Assembly (NCBI GenBank): GCA_963708295.1
Contig: CAVPSJ010000017.1
Location: 160,001-224,000, forward strand
Direction: 5' to 3'
Length of the DNA: 64,000 bases
Origin: an uncultured delta proteobacterium
GTDB lineage: Bacteria; Desulfobacterota; BSN033; UBA1163
The position numbers and the translations under genes were made by a program. A model generated the notes under the pieces. That model saw only the letters and a list, made by a program, of their open reading frames with translations, searched no databases and was not told the origin of the DNA. Of the stretch, positions 26,749-37,361 are shown in pieces; the stretch's first letter is position 1, and every line of letters begins with the position of its first letter.

Positions 26749-28467
26749 ATGGTGAACGAAATAGAAACGGACGTGCTCGTTGTAGGGGGAGGTGCATCTG
26801 GAGTGAGGGCAGCCCTCGAAGCTCATCGCGCTGGCGCTAAGGTAACTCTGGTGGTAAAGGGAGAGCTTGGAGTGACTGGGGTGAGAGGAGCTGGTGCTAC
26901 GGGCTCAGGCGCAGCGAGATACTTGCATCTGTTTAACAGCATGACGAAACATTCTTCGATCAAAGAGGAAGTGGAGAGCTACTATCACCGGGCGATACGG
27001 GCCGGCCTGGGGATAGCGAATAGAGATTTGGTAAGGATCCTCGTCAACGGGGCAAGTGAAGCGAAGCAAGCCTTAGATCAATGGGGCCTGCTCCTTGGGT
27101 CTGACAACCCGGATAATCCCCACGGGATTGAGAGCATCATCACGCCCATGCCCGGCCTTGCAAATGTGGTCAGGGCAACCAAAGAGATCAATATCCTGCA
27201 ACATATGATGGTCGCGGGTTTGCTCACCGAGCAGAATGTCTGTCGGGGGGCCACAGCGGTGAACGAGGAGACCGGTGATCTCTTCGTGCTGAAAGCAGGA
27301 GCAATCATCCTCGCGACCGGAGGCTGTGCCCAGTTATTCAGGCTTAGTTTTCACCCTTCCTGCATCACAGGAGATGGATACGCACTGGGTTACGAGGCCG
27401 GAGCTCAGTTGATGAATATGGAGTTCGAACAAATGTTCATTGCAACGGCCTATCCGGCCGTAACCATGGCCCCCTATCCAGTCTGGGGTTTGCATCCCAG
27501 AGTGCTCAATGTTAATCGAGAGGAGTTTATTCAAAACTATCTTCCGAAAGGAATAACGATTGATGAGTGCATGGATAGGAAGATGACCCACGGTCCATTC
27601 AGCACCAGGGATGCATCCAAGTACCTCGATATCGCAATGGTGAAGGAGACGCAGGCTGGACATGCGAATGAGCACAACGCCTTCTATTTGGAAGTCCCTG
27701 ACAGAGTGAAAAGGAATCCAGAACTCTTATTTCCGGAGTTCGAAGACTGGTACGCCTATCGAGGGGTCGATTTTAGAAGAGACTATGTCGAGATAAATGT
27801 TGCCCATCAATGCTCCAATGGGGGCCTAAAGATTGATGAGAATGGGCAGACGACCGTGTCAGGGCTTTATGCGGTAGGGGAGTCAGCAACAGGGGCCTAT
27901 GGAGCCGACAGACTGGGGGGTGCCATGATGACGTCCTGTCAAGTATTCGGCGCAAGGGCAGGAAGACACGCTGCCTCAATTGCCAAGGCTCGGGGCGCCT
28001 CTCCTATCGGTAGAGATCTCTTGGAGAGTAAGCTGGAGGGGATTCTCAGCCTCAAGAAAACGAAAGGCGGCCAGAATCCTTCTAAGGTGAAAGAGGTTCT
28101 TCAGAAAACCGCCTGGGAAAACCTCCTTGTTGTCAGGTCTGATGAGAGCCTGAATCAAATCCTTCAAGAGATCGCTCGGATGAGGAATGATGTTTGCCCT
28201 CGTCTCTCAATTGAAAACGGACGCGATCTCATCGCTGCTCTGGAGCTTAGGAACTTGTTACTTGTTGGAGAGATCGTTGCCAATGCGGGTCTGAAGCGGA
28301 CGGAGTCGAGAGGAAGTCACTACCGCGAGGATTATCCAGAGCGAGATGACTCCAACTGGCAGCGGGCCATGACGGTCAGAAAAGTCGATGGAGGGATGCA
28401 GTTCGATACCCTGAACGTCGATGATCAATGGAAGAGAGACGAAGCAGAATTGGGGTGGTGGGGATAG
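26749..28467 (+). CDS. SdhA/FrdA/NadB-family flavoprotein, substrate unknown
   Basis: VVGGGASG, ILATGG, TGDG, HQCSNGG, GADRLGG, RTESRGSHYREDYP; no covalent-FAD His motif. Confidence 0.87.
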   Translation: MVNEIETDVLVVGGGASGVRAALEAHRAGAKVTLVVKGELGVTGVRGAGATGSGAARYLHLFNSMTKHSSIKEEVESYYHRAIRAGLGIANRDLVRILVNGASEAKQALDQWGLLLGSDNPDNPHGIESIITPMPGLANVVRATKEINILQHMMVAGLLTEQNVCRGATAVNEETGDLFVLKAGAIILATGGCAQLFRLSFHPSCITGDGYALGYEAGAQLMNMEFEQMFIATAYPAVTMAPYPVWGLHPRVLNVNREEFIQNYLPKGITIDECMDRKMTHGPFSTRDASKYLDIAMVKETQAGHANEHNAFYLEVPDRVKRNPELLFPEFEDWYAYRGVDFRRDYVEINVAHQCSNGGLKIDENGQTTVSGLYAVGESATGAYGADRLGGAMMTSCQVFGARAGRHAASIAKARGASPIGRDLLESKLEGILSLKKTKGGQNPSKVKEVLQKTAWENLLVVRSDESLNQILQEIARMRNDVCPRLSIENGRDLIAALELRNLLLVGEIVANAGLKRTESRGSHYREDYPERDDSNWQRAMTVRKVDGGMQFDTLNVDDQWKRDEAELGWWG

Positions 28468-28478
28468 AGGGACTTTAC

Positions 28479-29613
28479 ATGGTCAATGCAGGGGCATCAC
28501 AGGAACTTGACGCCAAGGTGATCAAGGCAGGTCTTTGTACAGCTGTGTGGCGCCTGTGTCGGAACTTGTCCTTACATGGTAGCCTATGAAGGGAGGGTTC
28601 TCCTGAGGGATGTCTGTGATCTGCCTCAAGGGCGGTGCCAGTCTGCTTGCCCAAGAATTTCGCTTGATCTGGATCATCTGAGCAGGGTCGCTTTTGGGGT
28701 TCCGTATTCTGATGACGATCTGGGAACGGTAGTCCGGGTCATGATGGCCCGGACAACGGACTCGGTCGTCAAAGCAAGGGCACAGGATGGCGGCGCCGTA
28801 ACAACGCTGATAAGTTTTGCTCTTGAGGAAGGGTGGATTGACTCCGCAATCCTGACCGGGTTCGAGGACAAGTCATGGCCCAGGGGGGTCATCGCTTCAA
28901 ATAGCAAGCAGGCACTCGAGTGCTCTGGATCAAGCTATCTAGCCGCCCCGACGGTTGAGTCCTATAATCGCGCCATCCAGGATATGAATTGTCGGAGCGT
29001 CGGTTTTGTGGGTACGCCATGCCAGGTGATGGCTTTGGCCAAGATGCGAACAGCCCCCACGGAGATGACTCAAGGCGTGGACAAACTCAAACTGGTGATA
29101 GGGCTTTTTTGCACGTGGGCCCTTTCTTATCCTGATTTCGGAAGGTTTCTCCAGAGAAGAATTTCAGACCCTGTCGTCAAGTACGAAGTTCCTCCGCATC
29201 CAGCAAATGCTTTGTTCGCTTTTACGGAAAAGGAGCGCATTTCCTTTCCCATTGATGAAGTCCTGCCGTTTGTCAGGCCTGCCTGTCGCCTTTGCCTCGA
29301 TCTGACTGCTGAATTTGCGGACATTTCTGTCGGGGGCGGCCGTGGTGAGGTATTGAATTGGAACACCGTTGTCATACGTACCGAAAAGGGGATGAGGCTC
29401 GTTGATTCAGCTGTCAGGAAGGGCGTCATTGAGACAGCGCCGATCCCCGAGGGAAACTTGAGCCGCCTGAAGGCAGCCGCCTATAACAAAAAGAAGAGAG
29501 CCATCGGAAATATCATCCAAAGGACAGGTTCTGCGGACGACCTTTTGTACCTGAAAGGGAAGCCTGGGATTATCAAGCGGTTGGTCGCGGAATACAAGGA
29601 AGGGAATCTTTAA
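28479..29613 (+). pseudogene. FrhB-like (F420 hydrogenase/dehydrogenase beta family) Fe-S protein, +1 frameshift near 28542
   Basis: ATG 28479 MVNAG..GLCT joins, after one extra base, LCGACVGTCPY; AQDGGAVT, VGTPCQ, IGLFC, C..C.D..AEFADISVG. Confidence 0.8.
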
Positions 29614-29614
29614 G

Positions 29615-31534
29615 ATGTCTGGCATCGCTGTCAATGCACCGCAAACCATCCAACTGTTGATGGGGAATGAGGCCATTGCCCGGGGGGCTTTGGAGGCCGG
29701 GGTGGGTGTGGCTGCTGCCTACCCAGGTACGCCGTCAACCGATATCATCGATTCCCTGGCCGATGTCGCCAAAGGTCTCAATCTGTACGTAGAGTGGTCC
29801 GTCAACGAAAAGGTAGCCTTGGAGGTTGCTGCTGGCGCTTCCCTGGGGGGGGTGCGTGCTCTAACGGCGATGAAACAGCTTGGACTGAACGTCGCCCTTG
29901 ATTTCTTGGCCAATGTGAGCCTTACGGGGATCAGGAGCGGGCTTGTTCTTGTCGTCTGCGATGATCCGGGGGCCCTTTCCAGCACCGATGAGCAGGACTC
30001 TCGGAACATCGCGAAGATGCTCGATCTGCCCCTTCTGGAGCCCGCAACGCCGCAGGAGGCCAAGGATATGACCAAATGGGCCTTCGAGCTGTCGGAGGAG
30101 ATATCCAATATCTGCCTGATCAGGAGCGTAACCAGGATCTCCCATGCGAGAGGAAACGTCGTCCTGGGTGAGCTGGCAAAGATAAGAAACATGGCATCTT
30201 TTGATACCACGCGGAAACCCTATACGACGATCATGGGAGGAGCGCCCCAGTACCACAGGGTCATGCACGAAAACCTTGCGAAGATCGCTCAGATCTATGA
30301 ATCCTCTCCTTTTAACGGGTATGCCGGGCCGGATCGGCCTGAACTCTTGATCATCACCTGCGGAAGCGGCTGGCTTTACTCATGGGAAGCCATTAAGATG
30401 CTCTCATTGCAGGATTCAGTGGGGATTCTGAAGCTTGGGACAACGTGGCCCCTGCCCGGCGAATGGATCATGAGGCATATGATGAAGGCAGGGAAGGTCC
30501 TTGTGGTGGAAGAAGTGGATGCCTTCCTGGAGAATAACTTGAAAGTGCTTGCTGTTGATTCCCGTACAGGAAGGGATTGGAGCTTCTATGGCAAGCATTC
30601 TGGTCACATCCATTCATTCGGGGAAATCAATACCGATATTGTGATCCGGGCCATCACGAACATCCTGACTAAGAAAGATACGATCAGGGACGTACCCTAC
30701 CGCCAGAGGGCGACAGAGATCCTTGGCAAATATGTGGTTTTCAGGGAAACCCAGTTCTGCCCCGGGTGTCCCCACAGGGGCTTCTTCTGGGCCCTGAAAG
30801 ATGCCTTAAAGCTGGATGGACAGGAGGGTGTCTTAGCCGGGGATATCGGCTGTTACGGGTCGGGGGCCGGGTCAACCGGATTCAAGCAGGTCAAGACGAT
30901 GCACAGCATGGGCTCGGGTATTGGTGTGGCCAATGGCTTGGGCAAGCTGGAGCAGTTCGGGTTTAAACAGCCGGTCCTGGCCGCGTGCGGTGATTCTACT
31001 TTTTTCCATGCCGCGATCCCGGCCTTGATCAACGGGATTCACAGCAAGGCCAACTTTATCCTTCTTCTTCTTGACAACACCGGAACAGCGATGACAGGTT
31101 TTCAGCCCCATCCGGGGATTCCAATCAATGCCGTAGGCGACCCGGCCCCTGCGGTGGATCTCGGCAATCTCTGCCGTGGGTTGGGTGTTCCCGTCGAGTA
31201 TGTAGATCCATACAATATAGAAGATACGACACGGACGCTGCTCAATGTGCTGCGTGACGCCGACAGGCCCAGGGTCGTTATTTCACAGAGAGAATGTTCC
31301 TTGATGAGGGCAAGGAGCCAGAAGCCGCTCTACCGGATGGATGTGGCCGTTGAGCAGTGCAGGGGTGAAACCTGCGGCTGCAACAGATTCTGCACCCGGG
31401 TGTTCCGATGTCCGGGCCTGATGTGGAACATCACTACGAGGAAGGCTGAGATCGACCAGGCGATCTGTGTTGGGTGCGGCGTATGTGTTGATATCTGCCC
31501 GGAGTCTGCTATTACGAGGGAGGAGATTCGATGA
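29615..31534 (+). CDS. iorA: Indolepyruvate:ferredoxin oxidoreductase alpha-subunit family
   Basis: MGNEAIARGA, YPGTPS, EWSVNEKVALE, FCPGCPHR, GDIGCY, GDSTFFH, C-terminal ferredoxin. Confidence 0.93.
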   Translation: MSGIAVNAPQTIQLLMGNEAIARGALEAGVGVAAAYPGTPSTDIIDSLADVAKGLNLYVEWSVNEKVALEVAAGASLGGVRALTAMKQLGLNVALDFLANVSLTGIRSGLVLVVCDDPGALSSTDEQDSRNIAKMLDLPLLEPATPQEAKDMTKWAFELSEEISNICLIRSVTRISHARGNVVLGELAKIRNMASFDTTRKPYTTIMGGAPQYHRVMHENLAKIAQIYESSPFNGYAGPDRPELLIITCGSGWLYSWEAIKMLSLQDSVGILKLGTTWPLPGEWIMRHMMKAGKVLVVEEVDAFLENNLKVLAVDSRTGRDWSFYGKHSGHIHSFGEINTDIVIRAITNILTKKDTIRDVPYRQRATEILGKYVVFRETQFCPGCPHRGFFWALKDALKLDGQEGVLAGDIGCYGSGAGSTGFKQVKTMHSMGSGIGVANGLGKLEQFGFKQPVLAACGDSTFFHAAIPALINGIHSKANFILLLLDNTGTAMTGFQPHPGIPINAVGDPAPAVDLGNLCRGLGVPVEYVDPYNIEDTTRTLLNVLRDADRPRVVISQRECSLMRARSQKPLYRMDVAVEQCRGETCGCNRFCTRVFRCPGLMWNITTRKAEIDQAICVGCGVCVDICPESAITREEIR

Positions 31535-32148
31535 GTCTGAATCAGAAAGAACCTTTGAATTTGATCATTGCCGGAGTGGGCGGCCAGGGAAATGTGTTGA
31601 TTTCCAGGCTCATTGGACAGGCAATGGTCGATGACGGCTACCAGGTGACGATTGGTGAGACCTATGGTGCTTCTCAAAGAGGAGGGGCTGTTACCAGTCA
31701 TGTCAGGATCTCGAGAGATCACCGGTATGGGGCTATTATCCCGGAGGGGCAGGCAGATATCATCCTGGGGTTGGAACCGATGGAGACACTTAGGCACCTC
31801 GCGCTATGCGGCAGCCCGAGCACACATGTTATTACGAATACCAGACCCATCTACCCGATGTGTGTCGCAAGCGGGGAGGCTGAATATCCTTCTCTGGGAA
31901 TTATTAGGCAGAGTATTGACGAGCTTTCTAAAAGAGCGTGGTATATTAATGCTTCGGAGATCGCTCTAAACCTTGGCGCTTCACTGTTGGCCAATATCGT
32001 CATGGTCGGAGCGCTTGTCGGGCTCAACATCATGGCCTTGAAACCGGATCGGTTTGAACATGGGCTCGAAGCCATTTTCAAAAAAGATAAACTGGACCTT
32101 AACCTGCTAGCTTTCAAAACAGGACGTTCATACCATTTTGGATCGTGA
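31531..32148 (+). CDS. iorB: Indolepyruvate oxidoreductase beta-subunit family
   Basis: GVGGQG, ETYGASQRGGAV.SHVR, LEPME. Confidence 0.92.
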   Translation: MSLNQKEPLNLIIAGVGGQGNVLISRLIGQAMVDDGYQVTIGETYGASQRGGAVTSHVRISRDHRYGAIIPEGQADIILGLEPMETLRHLALCGSPSTHVITNTRPIYPMCVASGEAEYPSLGIIRQSIDELSKRAWYINASEIALNLGASLLANIVMVGALVGLNIMALKPDRFEHGLEAIFKKDKLDLNLLAFKTGRSYHFGS

Positions 32149-32166
32149 GCAGGATATGCATTCAGA

Positions 32167-33142
32167 TCAATTGCGCAACCCTACCTTCCGGGCGATGGCC
32201 AGGGCTTTTTCATACTCTTCTCCCATTAGTTTCTTCAGTTCAGCGGGGGATTTATAATCGACAATAAATCCCATCTTCTCGATTTTGACCTTTAGGTCTT
32301 GATTTTTGATCGCCTTTTCGATGGCCTCCACTAAAACTTTCTTTACCTCCTCCGGTATTCCTGCTGGCCCATAGAGTGCAAACCAGGCCGAGAGCAGATC
32401 CTGTTTGAAGCCTGATTCCGGGAGGGTCAGAAAATTGGGGAAGTCGGCTATTTTCTTGGTTACCAAGAGAATCCGCATCTTCCGGCTATCAACATAAGGG
32501 ACAGACCTGACCGAAAGCATGGAAAATGGCCTCAACATGTCCTCCCAAAAGGGCTGTAAGAACCGACTGGCCTCCCTTAAAGGGAACGTGCGTAAATTGC
32601 GCGCCCGTCAAGGATTGAATGATCTCTAGATTGAAGTGGTCAATGGAACCTTGACCGTAGGTGGCCACCCGGATTTTCCCAGGATTCTTCTTGGCATATT
32701 CTATTAATTCCTCAAGGCTTTTCCAGGGAGAACTTTCTTGCACCGCACACGCCAAGGGAGTAAAACAGTGCAGGCCCAAAGGCTCCAAATCCTTGAGCGG
32801 GTCATAGGGAACGATCTCCGGGTCGAGAATCCGGGTGTAAACGATGGCCGCGCTACCCGTATAGGCAATCGTATACCCATCCTTTCTACTCTTAGCCACT
32901 GCATCTGTGCCGAGGGTCAATGACGCTCCTGGTTTGTTCATCGGGACAATTTGCGTTCCGAGAATTTTTCCCAACTCCTCCGCCAAAAGCCTACCGTTTA
33001 CGTCCATTGCTGAACCAGCGACGAGGGGTATAATGACTTGAATAGGCCTGTTCGGGTAGGGCTGTGCGTGAAGAGTAGATATTCCCAAGAATATACTCAG
33101 AAATAGAAAGAAATATGCCGAAAAAGTAAAATGTTTCATCAT
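32167..33142 (-). pseudogene. tctC: TctC/Bug substrate-binding protein split by a +1 frameshift near 32503
   Basis: YPNRPI..DGYT..ALLGGHVE..FGQV then, one base shifted, VPYVDSRKMRILL..GPAGIP. Confidence 0.8.
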
Positions 33143-33597
33143 TTCCCTCCCGTAGGACTGAATTGAAATTTTCTTCAAGCACATCGATAGGCCCCTCCAT
33201 TTTTAGCGAGGATGCACCGTTTCTTTCAAAACAAACCTACACCTTTTAATAAGAAGCGTCAACGGAATATTTGAGGAAGTAACTCTTAAGGCAAGAAAAT
33301 ATCCGATAAGGAGCCTATCATTCGCTGGTTTTGCTATTTATCCCTTTTCCTTCTTGTCTGGACGAGCCTTGGGTTCTTTGATGCATTAACAAATGGTGGG
33401 CACAGAGTCGCGGTCTTTTCTCCTCGTATGCGATATCCGGTATTAAGATCTGGTTTCCGATGAGCCTTCGACGAAGTGTCTGGATTAGCTCCCTGACCCT
33501 CCACACACATTTCTTTTTCTTCTCTTGATCAATTTATAAATTTCTGATATACGAATTTCTTAGATGCGAAGAGAGAGATATTTGGCGCAAAGGAGGC

Positions 33598-34317
33598 ATG
33601 ACTATGAAACGTTTTGTTCTTATTCATGGCGCATGGCATGGGGGCTGGTGCTGGGAGGGTGTGATTCGAATACTGGAAAAGCCCGGACATACCGCTGAAG
33701 CTCCCACCCTGCCGGGACACACCCCTGGAGATAACCGGTCCAAAGTGACATTCAACTCCTATGTCGAGAAGATTATTGAGGTTTTAAAGAGGCAACCCAA
33801 GCCCGTTATCTTAGTCGGTCACTCAAGCGCCGGGTTTCTTCTTCAGTCAGCCGCCCCAAAGGCGCCGGATAAGATTGAGCGACTCGTCTTTCACAATGCA
33901 TTCATTCTTCCGGATGGAATGGCGCAATTCGATGTGGTTCCGCCCGAAGTAAGCCAAGCCATGGTCGAGGCAGCCAAGGCTTCACCTGACAACAGCGTTC
34001 CCGTAAATGAAGATTTTGTTCGCAATGTTCTCATGGCCGGAGATACAAAAGAGTTAAAGGATGCTCTCATGAAGCGTTTGACTCCACAACCGTTAGCCCT
34101 TTTCACCACGAAGGTCAGCACAGCGGCCTTTAACAGGCTAACTATTCCTCGGACAGTACTTTTTTGTAAGGATGATGCTTCGCTTCCGCCTGGAGCATTT
34201 CTCGGCATGGCCCAAAGCTTGGGGAAATTTGATCTCATTGAGATCCCGGGAGGCCATGAGACATTATTTACCAAGCCTGAAGCAGTGGCGCAGGAGCTTA
34301 TTCGTATAGCGGGTTAA
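33598..34317 (+). CDS. Alpha/beta hydrolase (esterase)
   Basis: LIHGAWHGGWCW, GHSSAG, D and GH catalytic positions. Confidence 0.9.
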   Translation: MTMKRFVLIHGAWHGGWCWEGVIRILEKPGHTAEAPTLPGHTPGDNRSKVTFNSYVEKIIEVLKRQPKPVILVGHSSAGFLLQSAAPKAPDKIERLVFHNAFILPDGMAQFDVVPPEVSQAMVEAAKASPDNSVPVNEDFVRNVLMAGDTKELKDALMKRLTPQPLALFTTKVSTAAFNRLTIPRTVLFCKDDASLPPGAFLGMAQSLGKFDLIEIPGGHETLFTKPEAVAQELIRIAG

Positions 34318-34490
34318 CCCTGGCAGTACAAGAGCCGCGAGAATATGGCAGGAGATAATTTACTGAAGGGTTCGTCTTCACAAATCCTAACACAGGAAAG
34401 CTGTCCGTTTTGCTCTCCGAAAACTATCCTAAGCCGAGAACAATAACCTAGGCAAAAATATCCCGTAAAATCCCTCAGTTCTTCCCGAGA

Positions 34491-34781
34491 TTACATTTCT
34501 CTGAGCCGCCTTTTGATAAAATAATAATATGGATAGGTGATGAGGAATTCCTTCGCCTCATCCGCCTTTTTAAGAGGGAGGGTTACAGGAAGGGAAATGA
34601 CGAAGGCCGTTGCTCCCATCGCGATGCGCATGACGCCCAGAGGTCTCACCCAGAGAAGATCGCCAACCACTTCCGGCATAGAAAGATCCCCCGAAAAATC
34701 CTCCTCGGCGAAGAGGAGTCCGTTGAAAACAAACACGATGAAAACAATCATTAAGATTAAGAAGACACCCTTTCTTTTCAT
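34491..34781 (-). CDS. Small exported/membrane hypothetical protein
   Basis: Signal peptide, D...VRPLG...FVISLP; Shine-Dalgarno GGGAGG. Confidence 0.7.
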   Translation of the reverse strand: MKRKGVFLILMIVFIVFVFNGLLFAEEDFSGDLSMPEVVGDLLWVRPLGVMRIAMGATAFVISLPVTLPLKKADEAKEFLITYPYYYFIKRRLREM

Positions 34782-35012
34782 GGATACCCTCCCTTCCAGC
34801 ATTATTTTTATTTTAAAAGTCACTCTCTCAAGCCACAACTGACCAGCCTTCTCAATATACTACCTCAAGCGCAGGGCGTTTTTCAAAGGAAATGATTTGT
34901 TTGGAGGTCCATTGAAAGGGGAGACCGCGGTGATTATATTTAAAACGAAATAAATATTGCCTGTTTTTATACGGAAGAAGGTGAGAATACGAAAGGACGA
35001 TGGGCATTAGCC

Positions 35013-35417
35013 GTGGGCTGGATCCTGATGATTTCTGGAACGATCGGCTGTACGGTTGACCAAAGAGCCCAGTGGGTGAATCAGGAAGAAGCTTTGGTCA
35101 TAAGGAATTGGAAGGGAGAATATATGGGGTCCGCCCGGCACGTCCTTCTCGATCCCTCCACCGGAGAGGTCGCTTTCGTTATTCTTTTGCTCAACAAAGG
35201 AAAGAAGGAGATCGTTATCCCGTTGAGGTCTTTTTCCTCCTATGACCTTAAGAATGCAACGCTCGTTTTAGGTATCAGCAAAGAGATCTTAGTTGCAGCG
35301 CCTGAGTTTCATCCTTCGGATTTGGAGGACCCGGCGTTTACCGAAAAGGTTTACCGCTTCTTTGGTGAAGCGCCCCCCTGGACGGACGGAGCGACCGAAG
35401 GGGAAAGGAGGATGTGA
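35013..35417 (+). CDS. PRC-barrel domain protein (possible lipoprotein; 5' end uncertain)
   Basis: GEYMG..VLLDP.TGEVAF, IVIP, KEILVAAPEF, VYRFFG..PPW. Confidence 0.75.
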   Translation: MGWILMISGTIGCTVDQRAQWVNQEEALVIRNWKGEYMGSARHVLLDPSTGEVAFVILLLNKGKKEIVIPLRSFSSYDLKNATLVLGISKEILVAAPEFHPSDLEDPAFTEKVYRFFGEAPPWTDGATEGERRM

Positions 35418-35663
35418 ATATAAGAATCCCTTGTTCCGCTCATACACAATCCTCGCCCAATTTTTTTCTTCCTGTAACAAGAAGTGTCACTTTCATGTTT
35501 TCTTTTGAGACCAATTCTTAATAATTCTATTAGCAATCGTAGGGTTACGCGATCAAGGTCTATTGGCATTGAAATTGCTGATAAACTCCTTACGAAATTT
35601 TGATGGCTGAGCAGGGCCAAAATCTACCCGGAAAAACTTGGGACGCTTTTAGGAGAAAAGGAT

Positions 35664-35834
35664 ATGGGAGTTCTTTTTGGAAAATACCTTTTGGGATTAA
35701 GAACGCAGATATTCCTGATGGCAGGGGTCATGAGGATGTCCGTCACAAAGTTTTTTATTGCAGATCCGACCGCGGTGTTATTAGCGATCACCGTTGCCTT
35801 ATTTTGGGGTGGAATCCTTTTTTTGGAGAATTAA
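35664..35834 (+). pseudogene. Probable C-terminal remnant of a DedA-family gene
   Basis: GKYLLGLRTQIFLMAGVMRMSVTKFFIAD resembles the DedA GR..G.R....AG..RM...F..D motif; N-terminal half absent. Confidence 0.45.
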
Positions 35835-35873
35835 GAAAATAATTGTTAAGCCAAAAATCGGGAAAATCATTCA

Positions 35874-36389
35874 ATGCGGTCATTTGTTATTATCTTACCC
35901 TTGGCGATCTTAGGCCTTCTTCCTCAACCCATTCTTGCTGCCTCCGGGGACGATGTGAGTCATCTTTTCTTTATTGAACGGAGCAAAAACAAGAACCTCG
36001 TTCAGTACGACATCCGCCTCTCGGAGAATAGCAAAGTTCTTGATCTAAAGCCCGTGAGTGTTTATTGGGTTTTGGAAAACGGCAGACGCGAGGAACTCAA
36101 CCCGATGGAGAGGGAGTATGCGTATGGAATCGTTCGCCAAGAAAGACTCGACGAGAACAAATACAAGGTCATTCTGGCCGGTCTTAAACGGGTTGAGATC
36201 ATCATCGAAAGAATGAATGATTCTTATAGGGCTGTCGTTTCTATCAATGGCAAGGAGAGTATCCTCGAAAAGATCTATATAGAATCCGAAGAAAAACGAA
36301 CCGGACTGCCCAAAGTTCTCTATATCGACCTTTTTGGCCGGACGAAGGGAACCGGCCTCCCCATAAAAGAACGAATCGCCCCCAAGTAA
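35874..36389 (+). CDS. DUF4833-like exported protein
   Basis: Signal peptide, LFFIERSKNKN.VQYD, VYW, E..YAYG, YIDLFG. Confidence 0.75.
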   Translation: MRSFVIILPLAILGLLPQPILAASGDDVSHLFFIERSKNKNLVQYDIRLSENSKVLDLKPVSVYWVLENGRREELNPMEREYAYGIVRQERLDENKYKVILAGLKRVEIIIERMNDSYRAVVSINGKESILEKIYIESEEKRTGLPKVLYIDLFGRTKGTGLPIKERIAPK

Positions 36390-36520
36390 CTCACGGAACG
36401 AGTCATCCCTAAGAATCATGACCGCGGCTTTGTCAAAACAGGCCATTCGGTCGTCGATTCATAGGGGAAGAGGAAGGGGAGATCAGAAAATCAAGTGAAA
36501 GATTTGAGAGGCAATCATCA

Positions 36521-36721
36521 ATGAAAACTGGACTGGGAGATATCGTCAAGAGTAGATCGACCGGGGAATTCTATCGGGTGAAGAAGATCAAAGGACCGGT
36601 CGTTCTATTGGAGGCTGAAAACACGCCCGACAAATGGTGGCTTGGATGCGGGGAATCTTTGGAATTGCTTTATGAAAAGGTAGATATTCTAAACGAGATG
36701 AATTTCAATTCTGCGGGTTAA
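36521..36721 (+). CDS. Small hypothetical protein
   Basis: 66-aa ORF with GAGG upstream; beta-rich pattern. Confidence 0.5.
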   Translation: MKTGLGDIVKSRSTGEFYRVKKIKGPVVLLEAENTPDKWWLGCGESLELLYEKVDILNEMNFNSAG

Positions 36722-36778
36722 CAGGCCCGGGCTTCCAAGAACGGCCCCTGTAAGGAAAAGTGAATTTAGGAGTTTCGT

Positions 36779-36958
36779 ATGAGGTGTCATCGTTGTAGCA
36801 ATCTGATGGTCTACGAGAGATTCTATGGCGTCGATGAGCGTTATTCAGGATGGAGGTGCGTCCTGTGCGGAGAGATCATTGACCAGATCATCTTGGAGAA
36901 TCGCCAGACGAAGAGGGAGAGACAAAACAGAACTAAAAGGAGAGAGGGTGACTCCTGA
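36779..36958 (+). CDS. 59-aa zinc-ribbon protein (below the ORF-track cut-off)
   Basis: AGGAG Shine-Dalgarno; MRCHRCSNLMVYERFYG..WRCVLCGEIIDQIILENR. Confidence 0.75.
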   Translation: MRCHRCSNLMVYERFYGVDERYSGWRCVLCGEIIDQIILENRQTKRERQNRTKRREGDS

Positions 36959-37361
36959 TCCTCAAACTTTTTTGAGCCTTTGCCCATGATGTCCCGGATT
37001 GATTTGCGCCTAAGTATCCGATTTCTCATGTGAATCAGACGTTATGATCCAATCAATTCGATATCCGAGGTCTAGGGTCTGATTCACAGACTTCATCTTG
37101 AATTTCCTTGCATTCGGACAAGTAGTAGTATATAATAAGTCTGTTGAATAGAGCTTTTGGGGCAAGAAAAAGAAAACCCGTAAGGAACTCTAGACAATTT
37201 CTTTATGGGTTTTTTGTTAACGATGCGGATTCCTCCACCTTGTTTCTGCATGATTTAGCCATTGCTTACCCGCAAGTCGCGTCAAATCGTGGAAATTGTT
37301 GGTCTGGCGGAAAAGGAAAAGGATGGCTCTGTTCGGCAATCCTTCGATTATTTGAGGAGTA

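Noticed and set aside
33318-33506. Possible remnant of a flavin oxidoreductase (RRLIG...)
   Set aside because: Similarity is too short to support by eye.
21226-37100. Integrative element or prophage inserted at tmRNA
   Set aside because: No integrase, no phage genes and no duplicated tmRNA 3' end seen; treated only as an accessory region.
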